From positions 1 through 64,000 of the forward strand of contig CAXXHG010000041.1 of the NCBI GenBank assembly GCA_963666315.2: a stretch of 64,000 nt of DNA. The letters are read 5' to 3'. This document shows positions 1-10,629 of the stretch, in pieces. The notes under the pieces were generated by a model. The model had not been told where the DNA came from, made no database searches, and saw only the letters and a program-made list of their open reading frames with translations. The translations under genes and the position numbers were made by a program. Position 1 is the first letter of the stretch; every line of letters begins with the position of its first letter. Source of the DNA: Candidatus Binatia bacterium (GTDB taxonomy: Bacteria > Desulfobacterota > Binatia > Bin18).

Positions 1-1
1 C

Positions 2-619
2 CGGGCCTCCGGGACAGCCGGCCGCGAGGGTCTGGCGCTGTTTACGGTGAGCGCCGATGCCGCCGGCGTGACCCGGAGCCTCCTGCCATCCATGGATCTC
101 ACGCGCAAGCTCGCGCGCATTGATTTTAACGGCGTGCAGGCGCAGCGCCTTGGCCACGGGGAGGATGGCGTAACAGCCCTTGAGCGCACGCTGGACCAAG
201 CGGCCATCGCGCTGGCCAACGAAATGGTCGGCGGCGCCCAGGCGTTGTTCGACTCGGCCGTGGATTATGCCAAGCTGCGGGTGCAGTTCGGGCGCACGAT
301 CGGCTCGTTTCAGGCGATCAAACACAAATGCGCCGACATGTTGCTCGACATGGAACTGGCCAAGTCTGCCGCCTACTATGCAGCCCAAGCGGCTGCGGCG
401 GACGACCCGGAGTGGCCCGCGCTGGCGTGTTTGGCCAAAGCCGCGGCCTCGGACATGTACCTGCATATTGCAATCGAAACGATTCAGATCCACGGGGGCA
501 TCGGGTTTACCTGGGATAACAACACGCACCTGTGGTTCAAGCGCGCCAAAAGCTCAGAGGTCTTTCTTGGCGAGCCGTATTACCATCGGGAGCTGTTACT
601 GCAGCGCTGGGGAGTGTGA
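2..619 (+). CDS. acyl-CoA dehydrogenase, C-terminal part (5' end outside the window)
   Basis: Motifs RVQFGRTIGSFQAIKH and QIHGGIGFTW; frame open from base 2. Confidence 0.9.
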   Translation, partial: RASGTAGREGLALFTVSADAAGVTRSLLPSMDLTRKLARIDFNGVQAQRLGHGEDGVTALERTLDQAAIALANEMVGGAQALFDSAVDYAKLRVQFGRTIGSFQAIKHKCADMLLDMELAKSAAYYAAQAAAADDPEWPALACLAKAAASDMYLHIAIETIQIHGGIGFTWDNNTHLWFKRAKSSEVFLGEPYYHRELLLQRWGV

Positions 620-622
620 GTC

Positions 623-1867
623 ATGAGTCAGATCAGCGAAGCCGGCGTACGGGCCGAGGTGCGAACCTGGCTCTCGGCCAACTGGGATCCGGAACTGTCC
701 TTGGTAGCGTGGCGCAACAAGCTCGTTGACTCCGGCTGGGGCATGCCGCACTGGCCGGAGGAGTGGCACGGCCGGGGGCTACCGCTCGGTCTCGTGCGCG
801 CGGTGGAAGAGGAATTCGCAGCCATCGGAGCCGTCGGGGTGGCGAGATCCGGCGTACGACTGTTGGCCGCAGCGACGCTCCTGGAGCACGGAACGGATCG
901 GCAGAAAGAGCAGTTTCTGCGCCGTATTCTTACTGGGGAAGACACTTGGTGCCAGCTCTTCAGCGAGCCGGGCAGCGGTTCGGACCTCGCCGGTGCGACC
1001 ACCCGCGCGGATTTGCACGGCGACTATTGGCTGATAAACGGCCAAAAGGTGTGGACCACGAGCGCCCATCATGCCGATTACGGCCTGTTGTTAGCCCGCA
1101 CGGATTGGGATGTACCCAAGCATGAGGGCTTGTCGTATTTCGTGATCGCCATCAAGCAGCCGGGCGCGGAGGTGCAGCCGCTCAAACAGATGAATGGCCA
1201 CGCATCGTTTAATCAGGTGTTTTTCACCGACGCGCAAGTGCCGGCGGAAAATCGGATCGGCGAGGTCGGCGAGGGCTGGAAAGTGGCCATGACCACATTG
1301 GCTCACGAGCGCCGCGGGGCCGACGGGCTGCGGTCGCCATCGACGCGCGGCGAACGCACGGGCCGGATTTACGTTGAAAATCAGGCCGAACTGGAAACAG
1401 CCAATCAGCCCTACAAGTGGTATCCGCAGCGGACCGGCCGCGTCGATCTCGTCCTCGACCGGGCCAAGGAGACAGGGGCGAACACCGATCCGCACGCGCG
1501 TCAGGAGATCGCCAAGCTGATGATCCTGGCAAAGTCGGCCGAGTGGACCGCCCGCCGCGCCCGGGCTGCCCAACGACAGGGGCGCCCGCAGGGACCGGAA
1601 GGCTCGCTCGGAAAGCTCGCGGCCAGCCATGTGGCTCGCGCCGCTGCACATGTGCACACGGTGATTACGGGCGCAGAAGCGCTGCTCACCGGACCCGAGA
1701 GCCCCCGGAAAGGGACCATCGCTGAGATTTTGGTGTCGGTGCCGGCCATTTCTATTGCCGGCGGCACGGATGAGATTCAGCGCAACATTATCTCCGAGCG
1801 CGTGCTGGGTCTACCCAAGGAGCCGCGGTTCGACACGGGTCCGTTCCGCGAGGTACGAAAAAACTAG
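623..1867 (+). CDS. acyl-CoA dehydrogenase family protein
   Basis: Motifs WCQLFSEPGSGSDLA, NGQKVWTT and IAGGTDEIQRN; paired with the upstream ACAD. Confidence 0.92.
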   Translation: MSQISEAGVRAEVRTWLSANWDPELSLVAWRNKLVDSGWGMPHWPEEWHGRGLPLGLVRAVEEEFAAIGAVGVARSGVRLLAAATLLEHGTDRQKEQFLRRILTGEDTWCQLFSEPGSGSDLAGATTRADLHGDYWLINGQKVWTTSAHHADYGLLLARTDWDVPKHEGLSYFVIAIKQPGAEVQPLKQMNGHASFNQVFFTDAQVPAENRIGEVGEGWKVAMTTLAHERRGADGLRSPSTRGERTGRIYVENQAELETANQPYKWYPQRTGRVDLVLDRAKETGANTDPHARQEIAKLMILAKSAEWTARRARAAQRQGRPQGPEGSLGKLAASHVARAAAHVHTVITGAEALLTGPESPRKGTIAEILVSVPAISIAGGTDEIQRNIISERVLGLPKEPRFDTGPFREVRKN

Positions 1868-1966
1868 CCGAGGTCACGGCAGCATCATGCAGGTCTGTGC
1901 GGCCCCGTGCCTTGTCACTATCGTCGCGGTGGAAACGCTGATTCAATAACTTGACAGCACCGTCCA

Positions 1967-4900
1967 TCAGCGTCCCTCCGACAATGCGTCAAGCAACAAC
2001 TTAGCATCTTTGAGATCCGCCGTGTCAAAGCCCTCGGTGAACCAGTTGTAGACTGGAACGAGGAATGCGTGGGCCTCCGTTGTCTTGCCCTGTGATTGCC
2101 ACAGTCGCGCCAGGCTCGTGGCGGCGCGCAGTTCCCACGATTTGGCCTGTTGCTTTTGAGCAATCTCAATAGCTTTGTGAAAACAAGCTTCCGCCTCTTC
2201 TTCAACTTGCGCTCCTTCGACTCTGCTCAGGACAGGCTTGTGACTTTCGACTTTCGACTCCTGAAGCGTCAGCTCCCCCTTGAGCCGATACAGCTCCGCT
2301 TCGCAATACCACTCCCCAGTTTTCTCGACCCTTTCGAACGCCTCTGCCACCAGCCCCGCTTCCCCAACTTCCTGGAAGGCGAGCGCATGGCCATATCGTA
2401 TCAGGCCCTCCGCGGCCCAATCCGGAGACCCTTGCTCTGTTGCGCTCTCCAATAGCTTCGCTGCCCGCTCTTGCGCGGTCCGGACCTCGCCTCGCAGGTG
2501 GGACAGCTCGGCTGAAGCTCCCAAGGCGAAGACGTGGGTCGGTGGATGCGCCAACTGCCGACTTAATTCCAGCTGTTCCTGACTCCTCTGCCAGGCTTGG
2601 TCCGGATAGGCCCAGCCTATACAAGATAAATATCAACCAGGTTAAGCACGTGATGCGGGAGTCAAATCCATAGAGCGAGACCAATTGGTTGTGTATTTGA
2701 GAATCGTAGAGACGAATGCCTTGTTCTAAGTGCCTCTGAGCAGTCGTCAAATCGCCCAGGCAAAAGAGGGTCGTTCCCAGTGCATAACGGGCCTGTGTGA
2801 GGAGGGTCTCTTCTTTTTGGCTCTGGGCCAGGTTGAAAAACTGTTCTCCATGCGCGGGCAGTCTCATAGTTCCCCCGCATTATCTCAACGGTCCATAAGC
2901 CATTTATCGCTTGGAATAAGAGAGAACCCCTCTCCATCTGCTGACATAACTCTCTCGCGCGGACATAGGCACGCTTGACTTCCATCGCAGCCCGGCCCTT
3001 GGTGGCCATAAACGCCGGCCAAAGAGAGAGGTGGAGCGTCAGTTCCTGTTGGGCACGCTCAGCGGTATCCGGCAGACGCCCGAGCGCCTCAAGGGCGGCT
3101 ACCAGTAGATTGACCGCTTCTTCATTCGCAGCCTTCTGCACGGCCTGCTGCCCGGCCAACCCAGGATATTCCACGGCCTTATCAGCGTTTGCACTCCGCT
3201 GATAATGATGCGCCAACTCGCTGTAGTGGTCTTCGAGCTTATCCGTATACAGGACTTCTATCGCTTGCGCTGTCCGCTCATGCAAGGCTTTACGCTGCGC
3301 CTGGAGCACCGTCCCGTAGGCTACTTCCTGGGTCAGGGCGTGCTTGAACAGATATTCCGATTCAGGAAACGCCGGTTGTTCGTACAGAAATTCCTTGACC
3401 TGTGGCGAGGACAGAACCCGATACAATTCGTCTTCAGGTTGCAACACGACGCGCTTCACCAAGCTCGCCGGAAACTGCCGCCCGATAACGGCGAGCTGTT
3501 GGAGTAACTCTTTTTCTTCAGCCGCCAATCGGTCAATCCGAGCCGCCAGCACACCTTGCACGGTTGGCGAAATATGCAACTCCGTTGGCGTCGTCTCCAA
3601 GTGATAGCGGCCTCGCTCACCACTAAGCGCCCCTTCCTCCACCAAGGTCTGGACCATCTCTTCTATAAAGAATGGTGTGCCTTCCGTCTTCTCTAAAATC
3701 AGCGCCTTCAGCGCCTGAAGACTCACCTCACCGCCCAATTGGAAAGTGAGCAGTTCCTCTGCCTCGTTTTTCCCGAGCGGGGCAAGTCGCAGTTGGGCGT
3801 AGTAGGTCTTCTGCCCCCACTCATGTTTATATTCGGGCCGGCAGTTCACAAGAAGCAATACTCTGACTGACGCCACCCCCTCACTGAGGATGTCCAGGAA
3901 GCCCTGCGTTTCGCTGTCGATCCAGTGGAGGTCTTCAAAAATCAGGATGAGTGGCTGGTTGAGACTCTCCCGAAGGAACAGTTTCTTGAGCGCCTCAAAC
4001 GGCCACTGCCGCCGTATCTGGGCATCCATCTGCTGGAGGCTGGATTGCGGGTCTTCAATCCCCAGCAGAGAGAAGAGATACGGCAACGTGTCTTCGAGAT
4101 TCCGGTCCAGAATGAGCACTTGGCCCATCACCTTCGATTGGCGCTGGCGCTCACCATCCGTCGGCTCAATCTGAAAATACGTCTTGAGCAACTCAATAAC
4201 AGGCAGATAGGGTGACGCTTTGCCATGCGAAACCGCAAACGCTTCGAGCACCAGACAGCCAGTTTGGGACGTGAGCTTGAACTCGTAGAAGAGACGTGAT
4301 TTCTCCAAACCCCGGCTCGCCCAGTACCCCCACGATTTGCCCGTGGCCGTCCTTGGTGTGCTCCAACACGTCCTGTAGCTGGTCCATCTCTGAGTGCCGT
4401 CCCACAAAGCGCGAGAGGCCACGGCGGGCAGACACTTGGAGGCGGGTTCTGAGTGGACCTGCACCTGTGACCTCGTAGACCTTGAGGGGTTCTTCCACAC
4501 CTTTGACTTGAGTCTCACCGAGCGCGTTGAACTCAAAGTAGCCGTCCGTGAGCCTGTGCGTGTATTCCGTCACGACGATAGAACCAGGATTCGCCATCTG
4601 TTCCATCCGGGCCGCTATGTTGGTCGAATGCCCCACTGGGACGTAATCCGTGTGCTGGTCATCTTTGCGGATGGACCGGACAACCACCTCGCCCGTGTTG
4701 ATTCAAACCCGCATTGCAGCGGAGCACCGCCACTTAAGCGCAACCTGTTACTATACCCCCGCATCTCTTCCTGCATTATCAGCGCCGCATATAAGGCCCG
4801 TTGCGGGTGGTCCTCATGCGCGATGGGTGCCCCGAACAGCGCAAAGATCCCATCGCCTAGTGCTTGCGCCACATAGCCGTCATAGCGATGCACGGCATCC

Positions 4901-5331
4901 ATCATGAGTTGCAGGGCCGGGTCAATGATCGCCCGGGCGTCTTCGGGGTCAAGGCCTTCGATTAATGCCGTGGAGCCTTTGAGGTCAGCAAACAGCGCCG
5001 TGATGGTTTTGCGCTCCCCATCCGTTGCCCCACGGGATTCCATGGCCGCTTGTTCGGCTCGGATGCCTTCGGCCAGGTGGGGTGGGGTATAGGTGACGGG
5101 GGATTAGGGCCGAATTTTATCTAGTGCTGGTGTCGGCTCACCGTCGGCTGTCCAGATCAAGACCTTGCCATTTTTATTGACAGCGGTCTCTTGAGCCTCG
5201 ATGAGTTCTTCCTTGAGTGCTTCGAGTTGCTTGTCAGATAGATCAAACTCCACCTGCAAGGCGAGATAGGACATCCGCCCTTTACGCTGGAGCAACGCAC
5301 TGGCTTGATCAATAATCTCGGTGAATTTCAC
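1967..5331 (-). pseudogene. class III nucleotide cyclase / STAND AAA ATPase / TPR protein, copy 1, frameshifted
   Basis: Six ORF pieces together give ALFADLKGST, LGDG, NIAARM, a broken Walker A, Walker B LIFEDLHW and C-terminal WELRAATSLARLW...FTEGFDT. Confidence 0.85.
2214..2237. repeat. 24-nt REP-derived unit inserted in frame in a CDS
   Basis: ccttcgactctgctcaggacaggc encodes PVLSRVEG on the minus strand; next to GACTTTC heptamer repeats. Confidence 0.7.
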
Positions 5332-5609
5332 CGACCGGACTCCCCAGTATGAACTGGGGAGATAAGAGCATGAAATAAAGCACAGGACAACTCAACGCGG
5401 AGGGAAACGACGCATTCAGTACGACCACGTATGCTCTCATTTGATTCCCACCAGCCATCTCTAACAGCCGCCAGCCATTTCGGAGCCGAAATGGGACGGG
5501 GAGGGAAGTCTCTAAAAGGGATGTGTGGAAGTATCCGGCAGAACACGTTGTCAGTGGATGCCTGGGTGTCGTATACTTCTGCATGGCCCGGAACACAAAG
5601 GAGGCAGCT

Positions 5610-6842
5610 ATGACTGCGATCGCCGGACAGCAGGCCGTGACGCGGCCTGCGTCCCCACTGGACTTTTTGATGATTGATGCAGACCACCATTACTATGAGC
5701 CGGATGACTGCTTTACGCGCCACATGGAATCGGCGTATGCCGATCGGGCGGTGAACATTCGCCGAGGCGAAGCCCCGTTCGGTCGGGTATACATCGGCGA
5801 CGCGCGCATGCGGTTTTTTAGCGTTATTCCGGGCGATCACACCGGCGTGCCGGGCGCGCTGCAAGCCTACCTGAAGGACCATGCCGGTGAGGGCAACTCG
5901 CTCGTCCATGACGAGACCATCGCCGCGCACGACTTTCCAGAAGCAATGGACCGGACAACCCGGTTGCAAAAGATGGATGCGCAGGGCGTAGAAGCGGTAA
6001 TCATGATACCGACCCTGGGCGTTGGGGTGGCGCACGAGTTACGCCACGAACCGCCGGCTTTGTTCGCGAATCTGCGGGCGTTTAACCAGTGGCTGCAGGA
6101 GGACTGGGGCTTTGGTACGGACGGCCGCATCTATAGCCTGCCCGTGCTGTCGCTGGTCGATATCCACCTGGCCGTAGCCGAACTCGAACGTGTCCTGACC
6201 GAAGGAGCGCGGAGTGTAAATCTCACCCCTGGTCCGGTCAATGGCCACTCGCCGGCCGATCCGCTGTTCGATCCGTTTTGGGCGCGCTGCCAAGAGGCCA
6301 GCATTCCGGTAGTGTTCCACCTGGGCAACGATGGTCTCAGCGAGCTGTACTCAGCGCAGTGGGGAGAGAATCCGACGCCGCCCAGCCACCGCTTCAGCCC
6401 GTTCCAGCGCGTGACGGCCTCGACAGAACGCGCGACAGCCGACACGCTATGTGCCCTCGTGTTTCACAACCTGTTTGGCCGGTTTCCCGACCTCCAAGTG
6501 ATCAGCATCGAGAACGGCTCGAGCTGGGTTGCTCCGTTGCTTCGAGATATGGACCACGTGGCGCGCCTATCCGGACCGCGCGACTGGACGTATGGGCACT
6601 GTCCAGGCCGTCCGAGCGACATCTTCAAACAGCACATTAAAATCTCGCCGTTCCCTGAAGAGAATATTCCCGCGCTGGTCGAGCTGCTGGGAGCACCCAA
6701 TGTGCTGGCGGGCTCCGACTGGCCCCATCCTGAGGGCTGCGCGGAACCGATTGATTACCTGGACGGACTCTCAGGGGTATCACCTGATGTGGTGCGGGCA
6801 GTCATGCGGGACAACACTGCCAAGCTGTTGGGGCTGGCCTAA
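5610..6842 (+). CDS. amidohydrolase family protein
   Basis: Motifs IDADHHYYEP, VVFH and GSDWPHPEG; AGGAGG RBS before ATG 5610. Confidence 0.9.
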   Translation: MTAIAGQQAVTRPASPLDFLMIDADHHYYEPDDCFTRHMESAYADRAVNIRRGEAPFGRVYIGDARMRFFSVIPGDHTGVPGALQAYLKDHAGEGNSLVHDETIAAHDFPEAMDRTTRLQKMDAQGVEAVIMIPTLGVGVAHELRHEPPALFANLRAFNQWLQEDWGFGTDGRIYSLPVLSLVDIHLAVAELERVLTEGARSVNLTPGPVNGHSPADPLFDPFWARCQEASIPVVFHLGNDGLSELYSAQWGENPTPPSHRFSPFQRVTASTERATADTLCALVFHNLFGRFPDLQVISIENGSSWVAPLLRDMDHVARLSGPRDWTYGHCPGRPSDIFKQHIKISPFPEENIPALVELLGAPNVLAGSDWPHPEGCAEPIDYLDGLSGVSPDVVRAVMRDNTAKLLGLA

Positions 6843-6861
6843 CGCCCCTTTGTCCGGCGGA

Positions 6862-7128
6862 CTAAAGGGCGACGTTGGCGGGTCCGGGAACAAACTCCAC
6901 TGCCGAGTCCAGCCCCGTCTTCGTCGGCGAGAAGGGACGGGTTCGCCTCACCTCGCGAAATAATTCTGTCGCCCAGCCTCCTTGGCGTTCAGAAGACCAC
7001 ATAGGGTCATCACAGGCCCGGTTACACGCCGCCGCCCGTTGTCTTGTCACGCCCAACGGTTTCTCTCGGTGCACGGTCCGATTAATAATCTCTTTCGGGT
7101 TGGACGGCACTTGATGAAGGCGGCTCAT
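6862..7128 (-). mobile_element. possible transposase remnant(s)
   Basis: LFREVRRTRPF resembles an IS256-type C-terminal segment; short and degenerate, no termini found. Confidence 0.3.
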
Positions 7129-7130
7129 GC

Positions 7131-7610
7131 TTACTGATCTTGGAGGATGCCTTCGAGATAGCGACCATTGGCCTCATCTTTCACCGCGCAGGCCAGGAGC
7201 GCCTCCCGTGGATCGGGGTTCGTCTCGGCCTCACCAAAGTCACGCAACAAGCGTGCGCCGCCGAGTTCTCCTACGGATTGGACCTGCTATTGCTGGGGGT
7301 GCGAGAGTGGATGCATCGTATCCGCTTATAGCTCGCGCATATTCGGAAATCGCTTCCACAGGCTCTCGCCGATCTCTTTGGCCTGTGGGTCGAGGGCTTC
7401 CACAGCCTTGGCAATCTGCTCTTCGCGATCAGCACAGTCGAGGAAGCCTTATTTTTGTTGTGGATCGGCCAAGGTCTGGGCCCAGGCACGGTAATGCTCT
7501 GCGGCTCGGCGTTCGAGCACGGCCAGCAGGATGCGCTGTTCTTGCGGTTCGCATTGATCAAACAGTGGGGTCAGGATTCCAAGTAGATCGGGTAGGTTTT
7601 GGGTACTCAT
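7131..7610 (-). pseudogene. ferritin-like hypothetical protein with three in-frame stops
   Basis: 160-codon frame MSTQNLPDLL...LERRAAEHYRAW...DEANGRYLEGILQDQ interrupted by TAA, TAA and TAG; missing from the ORF track. Confidence 0.65.
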
Positions 7611-7669
7611 GAGATATGCTCCTTCTGGGTTGCAGCTTGCATTGTCAGCCGCTGAATCCCGCAGTGTTT

Positions 7670-9016
7670 TTAGCCCAGCACGGCTTTGGTGGCATCGGCC
7701 AAAATTTCCACCATCTGGTCGATAGTGGCCTCCTCGGTGACTATCGGTGGCGCGATGCAGTAGACGTCGCCCCGAGCCCGGCTGAACAGACCGCGCTCCA
7801 TGGTGGCAGAGTTGACCTTGGCTCCGATCCCCTCCGCAGCGTCGAATACTTCCTTGGTCGCTTTGTCTTTGACATACTCAACGCCGCACATCAGCCCCAG
7901 ACCTCGGATATCGCCGACGTGGGGATGGTCGCCCAGGGCAGCCTTCAGCCCCGAGAGCAGGCGCTTGCCTTTCGTGGCCGCCTGTCCTGGGAAATCTTCC
8001 TTTTCGATCAGGTCGAGCATCGCCACCGCAATCGCACACCCGGTCGGATGAGCGCTGTAGGTGTATGCGTGCATCCAGGGTTTGCCGCTGGCATGCATGA
8101 CGGCGGCGATCTCATCGCTCACGCCGATGCCGCCGAGCGGGAAGTAGCCCGAGGTAATCGCTTTGGCAAACTGAATCAAGTCGGGTTTCACCCCCCAGTG
8201 TTCTAGGCCGAACATCTTCCCGGTGCGCCCGAAGCCGGTAATGACTTCATCCGAGACGAGCAGGACATCATATTTATCGCAGATCTCGCGGATTCTCGGG
8301 AAGTAGTCATCCGGTGGAACGATCACCCCCCCCGCGCCCTGCACCGGCTCGGCGATGAACATCGCAATCGTCTCGGCGCCCTCGGCGAGAATTGCTTGCT
8401 CCAACTCGTCAGCAGCCGCGATCCCTGGACTAGCAGCACCTTCGGGTGCCTCGTAGAAGTACGGATAATGGCTGGGGATGTGGACGAAGCCGGGCACTCT
8501 CGGCTCGAACATGGGCCAGAAGGCATTGATGCCGGTCGCACTCATGGCCGCCAGGGTAACCCCATGATAACCCCAGACCAGGGAGATAACCTTGGTCTTC
8601 TCGGGCTTTCCCTTCAGCTTCCAATAATACCGCGCCATTTTAATGTTGCTATCGGTGGACTCACCGCCGCCCGAGGCAAAATAAAAATGATTGATATTCG
8701 GGTAGGTGATAGCGGCCAGTTTCTCTGCCAGCTCGATAGCCCGGGGGTTGGAGCTGCCCGTGTAACCCGACGCGTAGGCCAATGAACCGAGTTGCCGGCT
8801 ACCTGCCTCGATAAGCGCGCGACAACCGTTTCCGGCGGTATTGTTCCACAGGCCCGACAGACCATCAATGTAACGGTCTCCGTTGGCGTCGATAAGGAAG
8901 GCACCCTCGCCTCCTACCCATACCTTGCCACCGCTGTGCACGGCCGGATTGTGCAGGGGGTGAATCAGATGTGCGGCGTCTCTCTCAATATAGGCGGCTT
9001 CAGCGTTGTTGGCCAT
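7670..9016 (-). CDS. class III (omega) aminotransferase
   Basis: Motifs YIDGLSGLW, AEPVQGAGG, DEVITGFGRTG and AKAITSGY. Confidence 0.93.
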   Translation of the reverse strand: MANNAEAAYIERDAAHLIHPLHNPAVHSGGKVWVGGEGAFLIDANGDRYIDGLSGLWNNTAGNGCRALIEAGSRQLGSLAYASGYTGSSNPRAIELAEKLAAITYPNINHFYFASGGGESTDSNIKMARYYWKLKGKPEKTKVISLVWGYHGVTLAAMSATGINAFWPMFEPRVPGFVHIPSHYPYFYEAPEGAASPGIAAADELEQAILAEGAETIAMFIAEPVQGAGGVIVPPDDYFPRIREICDKYDVLLVSDEVITGFGRTGKMFGLEHWGVKPDLIQFAKAITSGYFPLGGIGVSDEIAAVMHASGKPWMHAYTYSAHPTGCAIAVAMLDLIEKEDFPGQAATKGKRLLSGLKAALGDHPHVGDIRGLGLMCGVEYVKDKATKEVFDAAEGIGAKVNSATMERGLFSRARGDVYCIAPPIVTEEATIDQMVEILADATKAVLG

Positions 9017-9048
9017 CGTGTTACCTCCGCGGGAATATAGACGTACGG

Positions 9049-10452
9049 TTACTGCTTGGTCGGTGTTTCCTGAATGGGTACCAGGCTCGCCGGGGCCAGC
9101 CCGGCAATGCCGACGGTTAGCGCATCAGGACGTCGGCCTGCATCCTCTGCTCGTTCTTTGCGGGCCACCGCCGCCCGCACGATAAGTCCACCAACGAAAC
9201 GGGCCGGCTCGGGCGGAAAGTTACTGGCAGGCGCCTGTACGAGCCCGGACGAATCCCACTCATCTTTCAACTCTAACGTCAAAGATGCCAGAATGCGACC
9301 GCCCACAAACGACGGCCCCACCCCGTTGCCTGAGTAGCCTAGACCATACAGAATATCTGGTCGTTTTCCGAGCTGACCAAAGATCGGCATCCCGCTCATC
9401 GTTCGATCGATCGGCCCAGTCCAACTTGAATGGATAGGCACCTCGGCGAGGGATGGATACAGGGCACGCAGGCTGGCCGTGACTTCCGCCGCGCGCGGGG
9501 AGGCTCCCTCAAAGGCCGCGCCAACGCGCCCGCCAAAAGCCAGCGTTCCGCCCCCTTTCCCAAAGGCAATCCGACCATCGTGCGTGGTGCGGTAGTAGTT
9601 GACCAACAGCCGCGAGTCAGAGATCGCCAGCCCGTCGCGCCAGCCTATCTCAGCAAGCCGATTCGGAATCGGCGCTGTGGCGATAATGTCGCTTGAAATG
9701 ACAATAATCTTACGGCGGAACTCGCGTAAGCGGGCGGCCCACGCATTCAGCGCCAGCACAACCCGCTCGGCTGTCACCGAGCCCCGGGCGGTCCGCGCCT
9801 GGGGTGGGGTGCGCCGTTCAAGGGCCACCATCGGGGAGCGCTCAAAAATACGCACCCCTTGTTCGAGAGCAACGCGACGCAGACCACGGGCAAGCAGTGC
9901 AGGCTGGACAATGGCCGCTGTTGGTTCAAAGATACCGCCCAGGTGCAGGGGTGATCCAGATCGCTGCGCTACGTCATCCGGGCTGAGCTCCATGAACGGC
10001 TGCAGCCCATGCTGATCCAGTTCGGTGATGACACTCCCCCATGCCCCGATCTGGGCTGGACTCGTGGCGGCCCATAACCAGCCGTCGTAGCGGTAATGAG
10101 CGTCAATGCCATGGGTGTCACAAAACGTTCCAATTTCTCTCACAGCCTCTGCTGACGCCTGCGCCAACCGCAGCGCCTCTTCATCGCCACACAGTTTCTT
10201 GAGCGTCGAGAATTTCGCCCACCAGCTGAGGATAAATCCGCCATTGCGTCCACTTGCCCCACCCCCGCAGATGTCTGATTCTATCAGCACAACATCCAGA
10301 GATGGATCATGTTCCTTGAGGCGAATCGCCGTCCACAGACCCGTATACCCCCCACCAACAATGCACACGTCCGCCCGCATATCCCCTGCAAGCTGGGGGG
10401 CTATATCAGTATCCGTAGCAAGGGCTTCCTCAAGCCAGTGACTTCGCAGCAT
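9049..10452 (-). CDS. FAD-dependent oxidoreductase (DAO / gamma-glutamylputrescine oxidase-like)
   Basis: Motifs VGGGYTGLW, GASGRNGG and GYSGNGV; next to an omega-aminotransferase. Confidence 0.85.
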   Translation of the reverse strand: MLRSHWLEEALATDTDIAPQLAGDMRADVCIVGGGYTGLWTAIRLKEHDPSLDVVLIESDICGGGASGRNGGFILSWWAKFSTLKKLCGDEEALRLAQASAEAVREIGTFCDTHGIDAHYRYDGWLWAATSPAQIGAWGSVITELDQHGLQPFMELSPDDVAQRSGSPLHLGGIFEPTAAIVQPALLARGLRRVALEQGVRIFERSPMVALERRTPPQARTARGSVTAERVVLALNAWAARLREFRRKIIVISSDIIATAPIPNRLAEIGWRDGLAISDSRLLVNYYRTTHDGRIAFGKGGGTLAFGGRVGAAFEGASPRAAEVTASLRALYPSLAEVPIHSSWTGPIDRTMSGMPIFGQLGKRPDILYGLGYSGNGVGPSFVGGRILASLTLELKDEWDSSGLVQAPASNFPPEPARFVGGLIVRAAVARKERAEDAGRRPDALTVGIAGLAPASLVPIQETPTKQ

Positions 10453-10629
10453 TCTTCAATCTCCATGAAATACGCGGGTACGGGTTGTGCAAAAACCGGC
10501 ATTATAGCTGAAAACAGATGCGCCTTTCCGGAAAATCTACGTTCCGCTGATTCGTACCCCGTTTCATCCCCTTTAATCGCGTCTGTACACTTTCTGTCCG
10601 GTTGCTCGTCATACCCCGACTCTAGTGGG

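Noticed and set aside
617-625. TGA of the first ACAD is in frame with the next ACAD (TGA GTC ATG)
   Set aside because: It falls at the natural C-terminus, with no Cys-type motif or clear SECIS; paired ACAD genes are common
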